Positions 27,330 through 36,443 of a DNA stretch of 64,000 nucleotides are shown here, in pieces (the stretch's first letter is position 1; each line of letters starts with the position of its first letter). Source of the stretch: a virus (Duplodnaviria; Caudoviricetes). The stretch is from positions 1-64,000 of the IMG/VR virus record IMGVR_UViG_3300014664_000015; one strand, 5' to 3'. Below the pieces are notes generated by a model. The model ran no database searches and was not told the DNA's origin. It saw nothing but the letters and a program-made list of their open reading frames with translations. The position numbers were made by a program, and so were the translations under genes.

Positions 27330-27442
27330 AACGAAAAATCCTATTCATTTCAGTCATCCCCGACAGATCGGGGTCGGCCCTTTTTCCCCTGCGCGCTGAA
27401 CGTAACTTAAGCAGTACCCCTACTGAAGGTCTAATAGGTTAG

Positions 27443-27480
27443 AAAGATCAATTAACCGTAATTGACCTGTCTAACCGATC
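27443..27480. promoter_or_regulatory. GATC-containing OxyR-type element, homologous to 40430-40467
   Basis: 26/37 identity to the cor-upstream element; GATC at 27446 and 27477. Confidence 0.45.
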
Positions 27481-27507
27481 GGCTCTAATGCACAGGATTA
27501 ATGGAGC

Positions 27508-27831
27508 TCATATCACCGGCAAGAGGTCATTATCGGCTACACGGTTCAGGAAGAACGTCACTACCCCAAGCACATTCGCGTCATCCAGTGAATCGCCTTC
27601 GATGGCCTCCCCATCCTGTGTGATGAGTGCTTTTCCCTGAACAGAAGCGAAGTCCCAACTTCCGCAGAAAGAGATCAAAACCGTGTCACCCGCCTTCGGT
27701 CTTTTGGCAACATTTATAATTGCGTATCCGGCTGAAGTTTCGATAGTCCGGCAATTACCGTCGTAGCCGCAAAGTCTGCCGACGGTGAGCGTTGATTCTG
27801 CATAGTCTTTTGCTGGTGATGGAAAACCCAT
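27508..27831 (-). CDS. UmuD'-like (HumD-like) S24-fold protein lacking the catalytic Ser segment
   Basis: Starts MGFPSPAKDY, like UmuD after cleavage; no GDSM motif. Confidence 0.7.
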   Translation of the reverse strand: MGFPSPAKDYAESTLTVGRLCGYDGNCRTIETSAGYAIINVAKRPKAGDTVLISFCGSWDFASVQGKALITQDGEAIEGDSLDDANVLGVVTFFLNRVADNDLLPVI

Positions 27832-27853
27832 GATAACCACCCCTGTAAAGCCA

Positions 27854-27869
27854 CTGTATATTTATACAG
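27854..27869. promoter_or_regulatory. LexA (SOS) box overlapping the -10 of a TTGACC promoter
   Basis: CTGTATATTTATACAG. Confidence 0.9.
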
Positions 27870-28016
27870 TAACACCAAAAAAAAGAGGGTCAAGAATTTG
27901 GGCGTAAAAAACCCGCCGAAGCGGGTAAGTGATTAATCAATAATCAATTCTTCTCCAAACCAGCACCATCAGCACGATAAAAACCACCAGCCAGACTGCG
28001 CCTGATATCAGCTCCA

Positions 28017-28904
28017 TCAGGTACACTTTTTCACCTCATGCTGCGGCGCTGCTTTGATATGCAGTCGCGGCTCGCCGTCTTTCGGCTCTGGCCACTGGCG
28101 CGCCATATTAACCTTCAGCTTTTCTTCCATCGCTGCTGTAATTTCACCATCGCTGATACCGGCGCGGCGCTGTGCATCCCATAACAAGAACTGCATGTCA
28201 GCCCACTCACTGAGATCATCAGGTTCCTCTGCTGCTTCGAGTGCCTCTTTCGACAGATGCTTGAGCGAGCCGACAGGACCAACATCACCGAACGTGGCCT
28301 GTGACCATTCAGCATGGCGCTGACGGATTAAATTGCGCAATTGCAAAGATGAACTGGTTTCTTCCGGCAACTTGTTAGCCGTCGTTACAGGTTCGGATTT
28401 ACCCTGATTTATGCCGGTGGACGACTCGGCGTTTTTTGGTGAATAATCCAGTTCTGGCGCGGGCTGGATGGTGGAGGGCAACTTGGCATTTTCGGCCCCC
28501 TGAAGCATGGCGGCGCGGCAGGCGTTCCAGATTTTCTGTGCCAATAATTTATCGCCAATGTTATGCGCCAGCAGGCTGACAATCTGACCTGCCAGGCCTT
28601 TTGGCATTTCCTCTGGTAACATCGGCGCTGGCGAGGCGGTGTATAGTTTGATAACACGATGCGGGTCTGCGTTCGGCGTAATAGGGTTTGCTGTAAACAG
28701 GTAGCCGCAGCCGTATTTCTCAACATCACGCAATTCTTGCTCATCAGTCCACGCTACAGGATCAGCCATCAGAGACGCCAGAGCCCGTTTCATCGCCTCA
28801 AGCGCCATAGCGGCATCTTCGTTTACAGCGCCGGGCGTCGCATCGCGATCTTCTTCAAGCTCTGCTATGGTCTGCTTTAGCCAAGCTTTTAGGGTAGTGC
28901 TCAT
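28017..28904 (-). CDS. Eaa-like protein with C-terminal DUF550 (MazG-like dATP/dGTP diphosphohydrolase) domain
   Basis: WS..TFG..GP.G.LKHL.KEA.E..E.PDDLSEWAD motif. Confidence 0.78.
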   Translation of the reverse strand: MSTTLKAWLKQTIAELEEDRDATPGAVNEDAAMALEAMKRALASLMADPVAWTDEQELRDVEKYGCGYLFTANPITPNADPHRVIKLYTASPAPMLPEEMPKGLAGQIVSLLAHNIGDKLLAQKIWNACRAAMLQGAENAKLPSTIQPAPELDYSPKNAESSTGINQGKSEPVTTANKLPEETSSSLQLRNLIRQRHAEWSQATFGDVGPVGSLKHLSKEALEAAEEPDDLSEWADMQFLLWDAQRRAGISDGEITAAMEEKLKVNMARQWPEPKDGEPRLHIKAAPQHEVKKCT

Positions 28905-29134
28905 TGTGCCGACTCCTCAAACAAAACATCACCATCAACTCCGCCGACCTGATAAAGCACTGACCCATCTTCACGGTATTCTATCGGCGCGGCGCTCCAT
29001 TCCTCTCCGTCCAGTTCATCATCATCCCCGATCAGAACAAAACCTCCGGCAACAACACGGGCTGGGTACATTTCGCCCTCAGTCCACCAGCCTTCAGTGT
29101 CTTTGATGCATTTGAGAAATAACAAATTGCTCAT
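28901..29134 (-). CDS. Hypothetical phage protein
   Basis: MSNLLFLKCIKDTEGWWTEG; ATGA-coupled. Confidence 0.7.
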   Translation of the reverse strand: MSNLLFLKCIKDTEGWWTEGEMYPARVVAGGFVLIGDDDELDGEEWSAAPIEYREDGSVLYQVGGVDGDVLFEESAQ

Positions 29135-29337
29135 TTTCCCTCCACCAACTCTTTCCATTTTTTTTCAAGAACCTGACGGGCAGCAGCCTCACCACCAGGC
29201 GGGAAGGAAAATCCCGCACGGTGCCCTGTGCATCCGTTCGAGCAACGGATTTCTGCTGATCCCCAGTTAATTCCCCTGCTACGAATTTTTATAGATGGCG
29301 CCATCCCGCATCGCGGACAGACAGGCAAATTACTCAT
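29131..29337 (-). CDS. Small CxxC...CxxxC zinc-ribbon protein (possibly Lar-like)
   Basis: CPRCG, CSNGC, terminal A...W. Confidence 0.55.
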   Translation of the reverse strand: MSNLPVCPRCGMAPSIKIRSRGINWGSAEIRCSNGCTGHRAGFSFPPGGEAAARQVLEKKWKELVEGK

Positions 29338-30007
29338 GGCTCATACCTTCCAGAAGATGTTTGTGGCGACGCAACTCGCGAACGGCAGCCTGAAGTCGTT
29401 GAAGGTTCGACAGCTTCGCTTTTGTGCGGCGGATCTCGTTCGAGATATAACGGGACGACGGAATAATCAGGTCATCAGGACGACTAACGAACGCCGGGAT
29501 GTCCCCAATAATTTCATCCAGGGATTTGTTGTCCGGCGCTGATGCTAACTTGACGTCGAGTGCAGCGGCATCCGGCTGCTCTGGTTTAATTTTCGATTCA
29601 CCCGCCAGGCTCCAGGTGATATTTTTCCCGTCCACATGGCGCATAACCAGACCGTCTTTGCACATTGCACCCAGCGATGCATTCAGGGCTCGCGGGCTTT
29701 TACCCAGCTTCTCAGCGACCTGAATGGAGCTCATGGCCCCCTGCCCCTGCATTGCTGACAGCACTCTCTCAACCAGCGGTGATAACTGCTTTGGTCTGAT
29801 GCGCTTCGGCTTCTGCTCCTTTGCAGTACCGACCGACCATGATCCATCGTAGAAATCGCACAACCCTTCCTCCTTCTGTTCGCGCAGCATTTTCAGAGCC
29901 TCTACGGGTTCGATATCCAGGCGTGCTGCTACATCGAGATAGGTTGCTTTGCCCATTGCTTTCAATGCGTCGATTACTGATTCCATTATTTTCTCCTCAA
30001 AATTCAC
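29330..30007 (-). CDS. DUF1627-like winged-HTH protein
   Basis: MESV.DALKAMGKAT..., DDLIIPSSRYISNEIRRTKAKL motifs. Confidence 0.75.
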   Translation of the reverse strand: MNFEEKIMESVIDALKAMGKATYLDVAARLDIEPVEALKMLREQKEEGLCDFYDGSWSVGTAKEQKPKRIRPKQLSPLVERVLSAMQGQGAMSSIQVAEKLGKSPRALNASLGAMCKDGLVMRHVDGKNITWSLAGESKIKPEQPDAAALDVKLASAPDNKSLDEIIGDIPAFVSRPDDLIIPSSRYISNEIRRTKAKLSNLQRLQAAVRELRRHKHLLEGMSHE

Positions 30008-30744
30008 TTAACAGGTCTCAGGTGGCTAACGTTTCCGCGATAGCTCTCCCAGTCAAAATTCACCCAAATGCCGTTGTCCATGCGCAGGCGATCGATAACC
30101 CTTGCGCCAAGAGTCTCTACCAGCGCGTCGTAATTCAGATTGGTCAGCACACCCACAGGCCGCATGGCCGCCAGACGGCGATCGATAATCTGGTTCAATA
30201 AAACTTTCTCGCCGCGGCTCTCTCGCTGAATACCAACTTCATCAAGCACCAATAAATCCACTTTGCAGAGGTCATCCAGCAGCGCGGCTTCGGACTGTCC
30301 TTCGTCGTAGCAGGCCCGGGCGCGCAGGGTCAGATCGGGCACCGTCACGATCAGAACCGTTCGCCCCTGCTTCAGCAGATAATTGCCGATGGCCGCTGAA
30401 AGGTGGTTTTTGCCGGTGCCCGGTTTTCCGGCGAAGACAAAACTGGCAAAGCCCGAGCCAAAATTCTGCGCATAGCTCTTTGCCATACTCAGCGCATGAC
30501 GCTGTTCGTCGCTGTTCACGGTGTAATTCGCGAAGCTACAGCTGCGGTGCAGGTTCTGGATCCCGGATCGCCCGAAAATTTTCTCTGCACGCGCCTGCTG
30601 GTTGAGCTTGTCTACCTCCGCAGCGCGTTTTTGCCCTTCCTCACGCTGCCAGGCCATCAACTCTTCGGCGCTTTTAAATTTGGGTTCAATGCCAGCCGGA
30701 ATAACACGGCGAAGGCGATCGAAAATAGAACCTGCGTTTTGCAT
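30004..30744 (-). CDS. DnaC/IstB-like helicase loader ATPase
   Basis: GKPGTGKNHL Walker A, LLVLDEVG Walker B, RVIDRL. Confidence 0.93.
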   Translation of the reverse strand: MQNAGSIFDRLRRVIPAGIEPKFKSAEELMAWQREEGQKRAAEVDKLNQQARAEKIFGRSGIQNLHRSCSFANYTVNSDEQRHALSMAKSYAQNFGSGFASFVFAGKPGTGKNHLSAAIGNYLLKQGRTVLIVTVPDLTLRARACYDEGQSEAALLDDLCKVDLLVLDEVGIQRESRGEKVLLNQIIDRRLAAMRPVGVLTNLNYDALVETLGARVIDRLRMDNGIWVNFDWESYRGNVSHLRPVK

Positions 30745-30746
30745 GC

Positions 30747-31664
30747 TTACCCCCTGAATCCTGGCGGAACGGTGTTATCGGGACGGGGGATCTGATTGAT
30801 ATCCCGTCCACCAGCCTGGTAATGCCCTGTGCCCGGCGCCGACAGGCGGATAATCAGGTCATCCCATTTTTCGCGGAGTTTGGCCGGACATTTAACCTGG
30901 CGAACCCAGAACGTATCGCTCTGAACGCGCTTGAACATTTCACAAATTTGCTTGTGGCTACGGCCATCAAGGGTGCGCATCAGACGCACGTCATTCGCCC
31001 AGACGGTCCAGTTCGGCTCTTTCGGGCGAACGATTTCGCCGTCAAAGGTTGCGGCCTCCTCGTAGAGTTTCAGCACGCGCTTCCAAATCCATTGCGCACA
31101 GGTCAAATCTTCCTGGCTCCCCCACTGACGTTTCGCAGGGCTGCAAACCACTGCTTCCGGGTGGCGCTTCAAAAACTCGGTTTTTGTCAATTTTCCGTCC
31201 GACGGCGAAGCGTCCGGACAAGAAAGATTTTCTGGTTCTTTGACTGGTTCAAAAGAGTGACTGATTCTGGGTGAATCTCCTTCACTACCCCCTGGTGAAT
31301 GTGGTGCACCATCTGGTGAATCTCCTGCACTAGCCCCTGGTGAACTTGCTTCACTACCCTGGTGAATCTCATTCACTACCCTCGAACTGGCGTTTGCACC
31401 GGTCAGGGTTAATCGATAGAAATTGCTGCCATTGCCTTTCGGCCCCGATCTGGTCTCTTTTCGCATCAGTCCAGACTCGCAAAGCGCGGCAACATGATTC
31501 ATGACGGAACGACGGCTGATCTCACACTGATCAGCGATATGCTGATAGCTCGGCCAGCACTCGCCCTGGTCACTTGCGTTATCGGCCAGTTTAAGTAGGA
31601 CCAGCTTGCGAAGCGGGTTGCCTACCTTGACCTTCATCGCTTGGACCATCAGCTCCATGCTCAT
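30747..31664 (-). CDS. Replication initiator (O-like, N-terminal HTH)
   Basis: LVLLKLAD.A.D.G.CWPS...IA; internal iterons; FW...V..P.KLR.KWD. Confidence 0.9.
   Translation of the reverse strand: MSMELMVQAMKVKVGNPLRKLVLLKLADNASDQGECWPSYQHIADQCEISRRSVMNHVAALCESGLMRKETRSGPKGNGSNFYRLTLTGANASSRVVNEIHQGSEASSPGASAGDSPDGAPHSPGGSEGDSPRISHSFEPVKEPENLSCPDASPSDGKLTKTEFLKRHPEAVVCSPAKRQWGSQEDLTCAQWIWKRVLKLYEEAATFDGEIVRPKEPNWTVWANDVRLMRTLDGRSHKQICEMFKRVQSDTFWVRQVKCPAKLREKWDDLIIRLSAPGTGHYQAGGRDINQIPRPDNTVPPGFRG
31270..31380. repeat. Five iterons (GTGAA-N5-T(T/G)CAC), replication origin
   Basis: GGTGAA units at 31270, 31294, 31315, 31339 and 31361 inside the initiator gene. Confidence 0.78.
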
Positions 31665-31686
31665 AGAACACCTCGATACAACTGAA

Positions 31687-32142
31687 CTAAGCTGCGTTCG
31701 AACAAGTCGAAACCAGCTTCACTTTGACGCCTACCAGCTGCGCCAGCGCGTCGATCGCTTCCAGTGTCTCTCGCCGGATTACCGGTTTCGGTTTGCCCGT
31801 GAAGACCGCATTGGTGGCTTCGATGCACTCTTTGTTAACCCTGGCCGCCCGGTAATGCATGCAGTCTTTCTGTGCCAGTTCGTTATCAATGGCGGTACGG
31901 ATTGCGTAGCTCAGGGCTTCCGCCTGTTTCAGGTAGTTAGGCGTATCGTTACGGAATGCACGCTGAATAATCTGCTTGTTGTTGTGCAGCCTGCGTGCGT
32001 ACTCGTCCGGATCCGAAACGTCATCCAGTGACTGAAGCAGATCGCCAAAGTGATGCGGGGTTATCAGCTGCGTAACTGTCTTCCAGCCCTTTTCCTGCGC
32101 CCAGGACTCCAGCTCACATGCCAGTTTTTTGATTTCCATCAT
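31687..32142 (-). CDS. CII-position regulator (YdaT-like)
   Basis: Directly after cro; helical; KECIEA..AV motif. Confidence 0.6.
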   Translation of the reverse strand: MMEIKKLACELESWAQEKGWKTVTQLITPHHFGDLLQSLDDVSDPDEYARRLHNNKQIIQRAFRNDTPNYLKQAEALSYAIRTAIDNELAQKDCMHYRAARVNKECIEATNAVFTGKPKPVIRRETLEAIDALAQLVGVKVKLVSTCSNAA

Positions 32143-32408
32143 TCAGACTCCCTCTGCGCACGTGGGATATCCTGAACAGGAATTCCGCTGGTAGGGGTTG
32201 GATGCAAATCCGGACGTAACTCATGCGGGGTGACAGTCCAGCCGCCAAATTCACAGAGCTTAATCACTCGCTCACTTGGAACTCGGTTTCGGATAATCCA
32301 GTTTGCTACTGACTGTGAGGACTTAAAGTTGAATTTACGGGCGACGGCCGAAACAGAACCAATCGACCTCACAGCCTTCTCCGTAATGTTCTTGTATGAA
32401 GTAGTCAT
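32139..32408 (-). CDS. cro: Cro-like repressor (YdaS family); start at MTTSYK
   Basis: AV...GS.SAVAR...SQSV.NW, ELRPDL motifs; divergent from cI. Confidence 0.85.
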   Translation of the reverse strand: MTTSYKNITEKAVRSIGSVSAVARKFNFKSSQSVANWIIRNRVPSERVIKLCEFGGWTVTPHELRPDLHPTPTSGIPVQDIPRAQRESE

Positions 32409-32443
32409 CGTGTTCTCCTGAATGAGTCGATGACTGCAATATA

Positions 32444-32523
32444 CTACATAAAGTAGAAAATACAACTACGAAAAATAGAAATGACTATGAACGCGCCGTG
32501 TCTTACTCTTCTACCTATGGTAG
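32444..32523. promoter_or_regulatory. OR-like operators, CTAC-N5-GTAG x3
   Basis: CTACATAAAGTAG 32444, CTACGAAAAATAG 32466, CTACCTATGGTAG 32511. Confidence 0.7.
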
Positions 32524-32972
32524 AAAAAGCGAATAAACATCAGGATTTCGCGAACCGGCTGACAGAAGAAATGCGCAAACAGCGCCGTTCTGTGAAGGAT
32601 TTAAGTCAGGCTTGCGATGTCACATACGAAATGGCTCGTCGTTATACGCTGGGCACGGCTAAGCCACGCGATGAGAAACTGCAAAAGATAGCTGACTGGC
32701 TAAATGTCCAAGCGGCATGGCTTGACTACGGGGAAGGTGAAAGTGCGCCTACTAAGCTTCCAGAAACTGAGTTTATGGGCTTCCCTGCGACAGAATCCGA
32801 CACTGGCAGCGATGGGGAATTCAGTGATTTAAGCGAAGACGAAAAGCGGCTGGTCCGAGTCTATCGGCAGTTCCCAAGTGCTGAAGCCAAGAACATGCTA
32901 CTGGCTTTCGAAATGCGGTATAAACAGCTATATGATTTCTTTCTGAAGTACGCCAACACCCCGCAGAAGTAA
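32517..32972 (+). CDS. cI: CI-like HTH repressor without an S24 autocleavage domain
   Basis: F..RL...M....S..DL...C.V.YE..RRY..G..KP HTH and a short helical C-terminus; start could be 32481. Confidence 0.85.
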   Translation: MVEKANKHQDFANRLTEEMRKQRRSVKDLSQACDVTYEMARRYTLGTAKPRDEKLQKIADWLNVQAAWLDYGEGESAPTKLPETEFMGFPATESDTGSDGEFSDLSEDEKRLVRVYRQFPSAEAKNMLLAFEMRYKQLYDFFLKYANTPQK

Positions 32973-33023
32973 AAAAATCCCTAAGAACCCGGCACATGCC
33001 GGGTTTTTTTACGCCTTCACTCA

Positions 33024-33095
33024 CCACACAAAGTAGCAAACACCTCTTGAATTTCTACTTTTAGTGTTGACATGTCTACTTTATGTTGTATCCTC
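33024..33095 (+). promoter_or_regulatory. pL/OL-like region: TTGACA promoter with three operator-like 13-mers
   Basis: CCACACAAAGTAG 33024, CTACTTTTAGTGT 33055, CTACTTTATGTTG 33076; TTGACA-N16-TATCCT. Confidence 0.65.
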
Positions 33096-33257
33096 TACTC
33101 ATCGAAGCACAACAGGTGCGACAGGTAAACGTTCCGCCTACCCGGCGATAAGGGTAAACAGAGCGAACAGGCAGGATGCCCACGAAGTAGCCGCCGGTGG
33201 CGTATGAATGACCGGATGATTCGCAGAAGATGGTTTGTTGTGATCTGGAGACAGGGG

Positions 33258-33428
33258 ATGAAATATTACATAGCAACAATAAACGAAGGTTCTGAGGTGG
33301 TGATTATCCATGCTCGGAATCAGTTCGTTGCCAAAGCCCTGATTAATAATGATGCAGAAACGATAAAGTTAATTAGTGCATTGGAAGCAAAGAAGCTGAT
33401 TAAGCGTGGTTTCAGGTTAGTCAGCTAA
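33258..33428 (+). CDS. Hypothetical 56-aa early protein
   Basis: GGAG/GGGG RBS; first ORF after pL. Confidence 0.55.
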   Translation: MKYYIATINEGSEVVIIHARNQFVAKALINNDAETIKLISALEAKKLIKRGFRLVS

Positions 33429-33453
33429 CTTTTGGTTCAGGAGAAACTGATCC

Positions 33454-33536
33454 GCCCACAACATGGAAGCGCATTCCACCCTTTCACTAATGGGGATTGG
33501 TTTGTTAGCTGGCGGAGTGTGCTTCCAGTTGTGGGC
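33454..33536 (+). repeat. Long hairpin in the early-left transcript
   Basis: GCCCACAAC(A)TGGAAGCGCATTCC / GGAGTGTGCTTCCAGTTGTGGGC. Confidence 0.7.
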
Positions 33537-33584
33537 AATCGAAAATTGTAGATGGCTGTTAAAAACCTTCATAGGGGATACATT

Positions 33585-33701
33585 ATGACAGACTTTAATC
33601 GTCAACCATCACGGCAACAGGCAGTCCGCCTTAACTGGTTTGAAATAAAACTTCGACAACTTTGTTATTTGCTGGCTCAGAAAGGCAACCCTGAACTCTG
33701 A
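33585..33701 (+). CDS. 38-aa early protein (MTDFNRQPSRQQAVRLNWFEIKLRQLCYLLAQKGNPEL)
   Basis: Translated by hand; AGGGGA RBS. Confidence 0.6.
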   Translation: MTDFNRQPSRQQAVRLNWFEIKLRQLCYLLAQKGNPEL

Positions 33702-33814
33702 ATTTTTACGCGTCAAAACTGACGCCGTAATCCGACAAATATTTAATTGCAAACAGTTAGAAATCGATGCCTTAAACGGCAGGGATTTCCACACCTTAAA
33801 TTAAGGATCATGAA

Positions 33815-34087
33815 ATGAAACAAACTATTACTACCGTAGAATTGAGACTGGCAATCGTAAATAAAGACCTTGCCACATTTAATGTTAACGGTGCTATTTC
33901 AGGCGTGGTTCATTTGCCTACCTCTGGCCCTGTAACCGTTGTGCTTGACGGTGGGTACGTGCTCGGAGAGTTTCATTGTCCAGCTTGTGCCGTAAAGGAT
34001 ATTAGCTTGCTGTCTGCGAGTTTTGCAGAAGCACAGAACGCCTGCGGCATGTCTTATTACGACCATAAGCGCCAACAACTTAATTGA
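33815..34087 (+). CDS. Hypothetical early protein with CxxC
   Basis: 90 aa; AAGGA RBS. Confidence 0.7.
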   Translation: MKQTITTVELRLAIVNKDLATFNVNGAISGVVHLPTSGPVTVVLDGGYVLGEFHCPACAVKDISLLSASFAEAQNACGMSYYDHKRQQLN

Positions 34088-34088
34088 T

Positions 34089-34298
34089 ATGGATGACATC
34101 ATTTGTCATTGCGCTGTTTGCTGTCACGAATATAAAAAATCGGAAATGCACGAAAGGAAAACAGATATATATCCCTTTAAGCGCACGATTTATTTATGTG
34201 AGCAATGCAATGAAAAAAGAGAAAAACGTGACGTTTTAAGAAAGGTAAAACGCGGCATCCGTAAGCCATTTCATTCAACATCATTTTTCAAATATTAA
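34089..34298 (+). CDS. Small zinc-finger protein
   Basis: CAVC...CEQC, basic C-terminus. Confidence 0.65.
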   Translation: MDDIICHCAVCCHEYKKSEMHERKTDIYPFKRTIYLCEQCNEKREKRDVLRKVKRGIRKPFHSTSFFKY

Positions 34299-34309
34299 AC
34301 GAGGTTATT

Positions 34310-36214
34310 ATGTCTGTTGAGTTAAAAGTATTTGGTGGTGCTTACTTCCCAAAAGATAAAGCATTAAAAAAACACCCTAATTTAAAACCACTTGCCATCG
34401 CGGTAAACGCGTCCACAAAAGCCATCGCTGAAGCTGTTATTTTCGGTAAGCTGGCGGCTGAACATCCAGAACATATTGATGATTTCTTTAAGGTGAAAAT
34501 CTGGGAGCACCACGAAGGTATTCCCTGCCCTGATCTTGATGTTTTCTCACCTGAGTTTTTCGACAGCGTGGCAGTATGGAATGTGAACGCTGGCGAACCA
34601 GCTGCGGCGCCACAGCCAGAAGCTGACGCAAACGAAGAATGGGAGGACAACAAGACTCAGGAAGAAATTAAAATCGTTGCGCGGCTCGACCAGACATCCC
34701 GGGCAGCTTGCCTGGCACTGTTCGGCCCGGTTCCTGGAATCACTGAGGCGCAGTACGGCCAGATTGTAGACCTGGTTAATGATGATGCTGGCAGCTTTAC
34801 ACGTGAACTGACAGAAGCACTGACGAAAGAACCCCGTGCTCTGTCGCTGGCGCCGGAACGCCAGGAGCAATTACTGGCCTGGGTACGCGAGAACACAAAA
34901 GAATCATCACAATGGCCTGACATTAAAAAGCAGATCGCCAAGTGGCTCGACACGCCAGTAGATAAGCGCCCACAAGCTACCACCATCACCGAAGAAAGCC
35001 ACACAGACTCGGGCGCCACTCTTGGAGGCGGCAATAAGACCGACCGTAGCCCTGATCTGGTTCATAACCTTTCCACTCTGCGTATCGAAGTAGCGGTTGC
35101 AATTCTGAGCATGTACGACGAGATCGACATTTACTGGATCCCTAACAGATTCATGATGGCCGCGAAAGGAATGGCAGAAGCAGCGCAGGATCCCCAGTTC
35201 ACTGCATGGTGGGCACAACTGCGTGGCACGCCTGGCATTCTGGACTATTCCCGCGCGGCCATCATCGCGTTGATCAAATCTGCGCCTGAAGACCTCTGGC
35301 TAAACCCGATCAAATTACGTGAGTACATCAATCGCGAACTGGTTGAATCGAATCATGCGAAGCCAGATCAGAAAACCATAGATATTGCATGCAAAGCGAA
35401 ACCCCGCGTTATCCCAGAGGAAAAGACAGATGATAAAACCCAACCCTCGATACAGAGCGAAACTCTGCCACCAGCAGTTTGCCCGGGAAAAGCTGCGCAG
35501 TTCGATAAAGAGCTTAAAGAGGCATTCACACAGAATGCAAAGCCAGCGCCGCAGGCCAATGAGCAGCCGCGCGTAGAGAACCTGGGCGATGGTATATTCT
35601 CAGTAGATACTTTGATCAACAACACCTCAAATGAAGTCGAAAAAGAGGAAGTACAACCAGCATTAAGTGGCCGCGAAACTGAAATTGCTCAGGCGATTGA
35701 TGATCTGATTTCCGGGCGTACCAATATCATGGGAAAAGAAGAAGCAGAAGGCGTAGTGAAGTGCACCGGCCATAGTGTTTCCGACGTAATACCATTATTG
35801 ATGACTGATATAGCGACAACTGAATATTGCCTCTCACCTGATTTCTCTGACGAAGAAATTCACGATGTGGCAACGACGCTGCTCGATAGTTGGTCTGACG
35901 ATATTAGCGTGCGTCAGAAAATCGCGCTTGATGCGATCGTGGAATACCGTCGCCCTGAACAGCCAAAACCGGTAGTGCTCAATCCACCGGTTGTTACTGC
36001 AAAACCTCAACAGACACCTGAACAGCAGCCTGAAGCAAACAGTCAGCAGACATCCCTCTCCTACCAGCAACAGCTAACGATTGCAGCTCTTCAGGGCCTG
36101 TGTGCTAACCCCGCTTACTGCAATCAGTACGATGATTTGCCGATCATGGCAACAGAGCTTGCGCGAAGTGTTGAAAGCATCATTCAGCAGGAAGGTTCAG
36201 GTGCTACTGATTAA
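34310..36214 (+). CDS. RecE (exonuclease VIII) N-terminal-region homolog without the C-terminal nuclease
   Basis: LDYSRA.I, LREYINR.L.E.NHA.PD...DIAC resemble the RecE N region (recalled); no PD-(D/E)xK C-terminus recognised. Confidence 0.7.
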   Translation: MSVELKVFGGAYFPKDKALKKHPNLKPLAIAVNASTKAIAEAVIFGKLAAEHPEHIDDFFKVKIWEHHEGIPCPDLDVFSPEFFDSVAVWNVNAGEPAAAPQPEADANEEWEDNKTQEEIKIVARLDQTSRAACLALFGPVPGITEAQYGQIVDLVNDDAGSFTRELTEALTKEPRALSLAPERQEQLLAWVRENTKESSQWPDIKKQIAKWLDTPVDKRPQATTITEESHTDSGATLGGGNKTDRSPDLVHNLSTLRIEVAVAILSMYDEIDIYWIPNRFMMAAKGMAEAAQDPQFTAWWAQLRGTPGILDYSRAAIIALIKSAPEDLWLNPIKLREYINRELVESNHAKPDQKTIDIACKAKPRVIPEEKTDDKTQPSIQSETLPPAVCPGKAAQFDKELKEAFTQNAKPAPQANEQPRVENLGDGIFSVDTLINNTSNEVEKEEVQPALSGRETEIAQAIDDLISGRTNIMGKEEAEGVVKCTGHSVSDVIPLLMTDIATTEYCLSPDFSDEEIHDVATTLLDSWSDDISVRQKIALDAIVEYRRPEQPKPVVLNPPVVTAKPQQTPEQQPEANSQQTSLSYQQQLTIAALQGLCANPAYCNQYDDLPIMATELARSVESIIQQEGSGATD

Positions 36215-36443
36215 TCGCAGCGCGAACGACAGCATAGGCGGGCCAGCATGCGCCGCCGCACTCAAATCGCATTATGAGAAATTCGGAAATCATGGACGTA
36301 GCCATACCCAAACGTTTTACACAGTAATGGTAGGCAAACAGAAAGTGATCGTAGAGGTAATTAACAGACGCCGTAGTTATGTTGCCACAGCGATGCTAGG
36401 AGCCCGGAACATAAAACGAATGGCTGATCTGGGTGATTTCTAA
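36201..36443 (+). CDS. DUF4060-like protein; GTG start at 36201
   Basis: LINRS...AC.AAL..H.E.FG, VEV.NR..SYVATAM.GAR. Confidence 0.7.
   Translation: MLLINRSANDSIGGPACAAALKSHYEKFGNHGRSHTQTFYTVMVGKQKVIVEVINRRRSYVATAMLGARNIKRMADLGDF

Noticed and set aside
28017-28904. 2-aminoadenine (Z-genome) pathway suggested by DUF550
   Set aside because: No purZ, datZ or dedicated polymerase is present
31270-31380. Spaced palindromic repeats as a mini-CRISPR or novel element
   Set aside because: Spacers are only 4-7 bp and the repeats lie inside the initiator gene; they are explained as origin iterons
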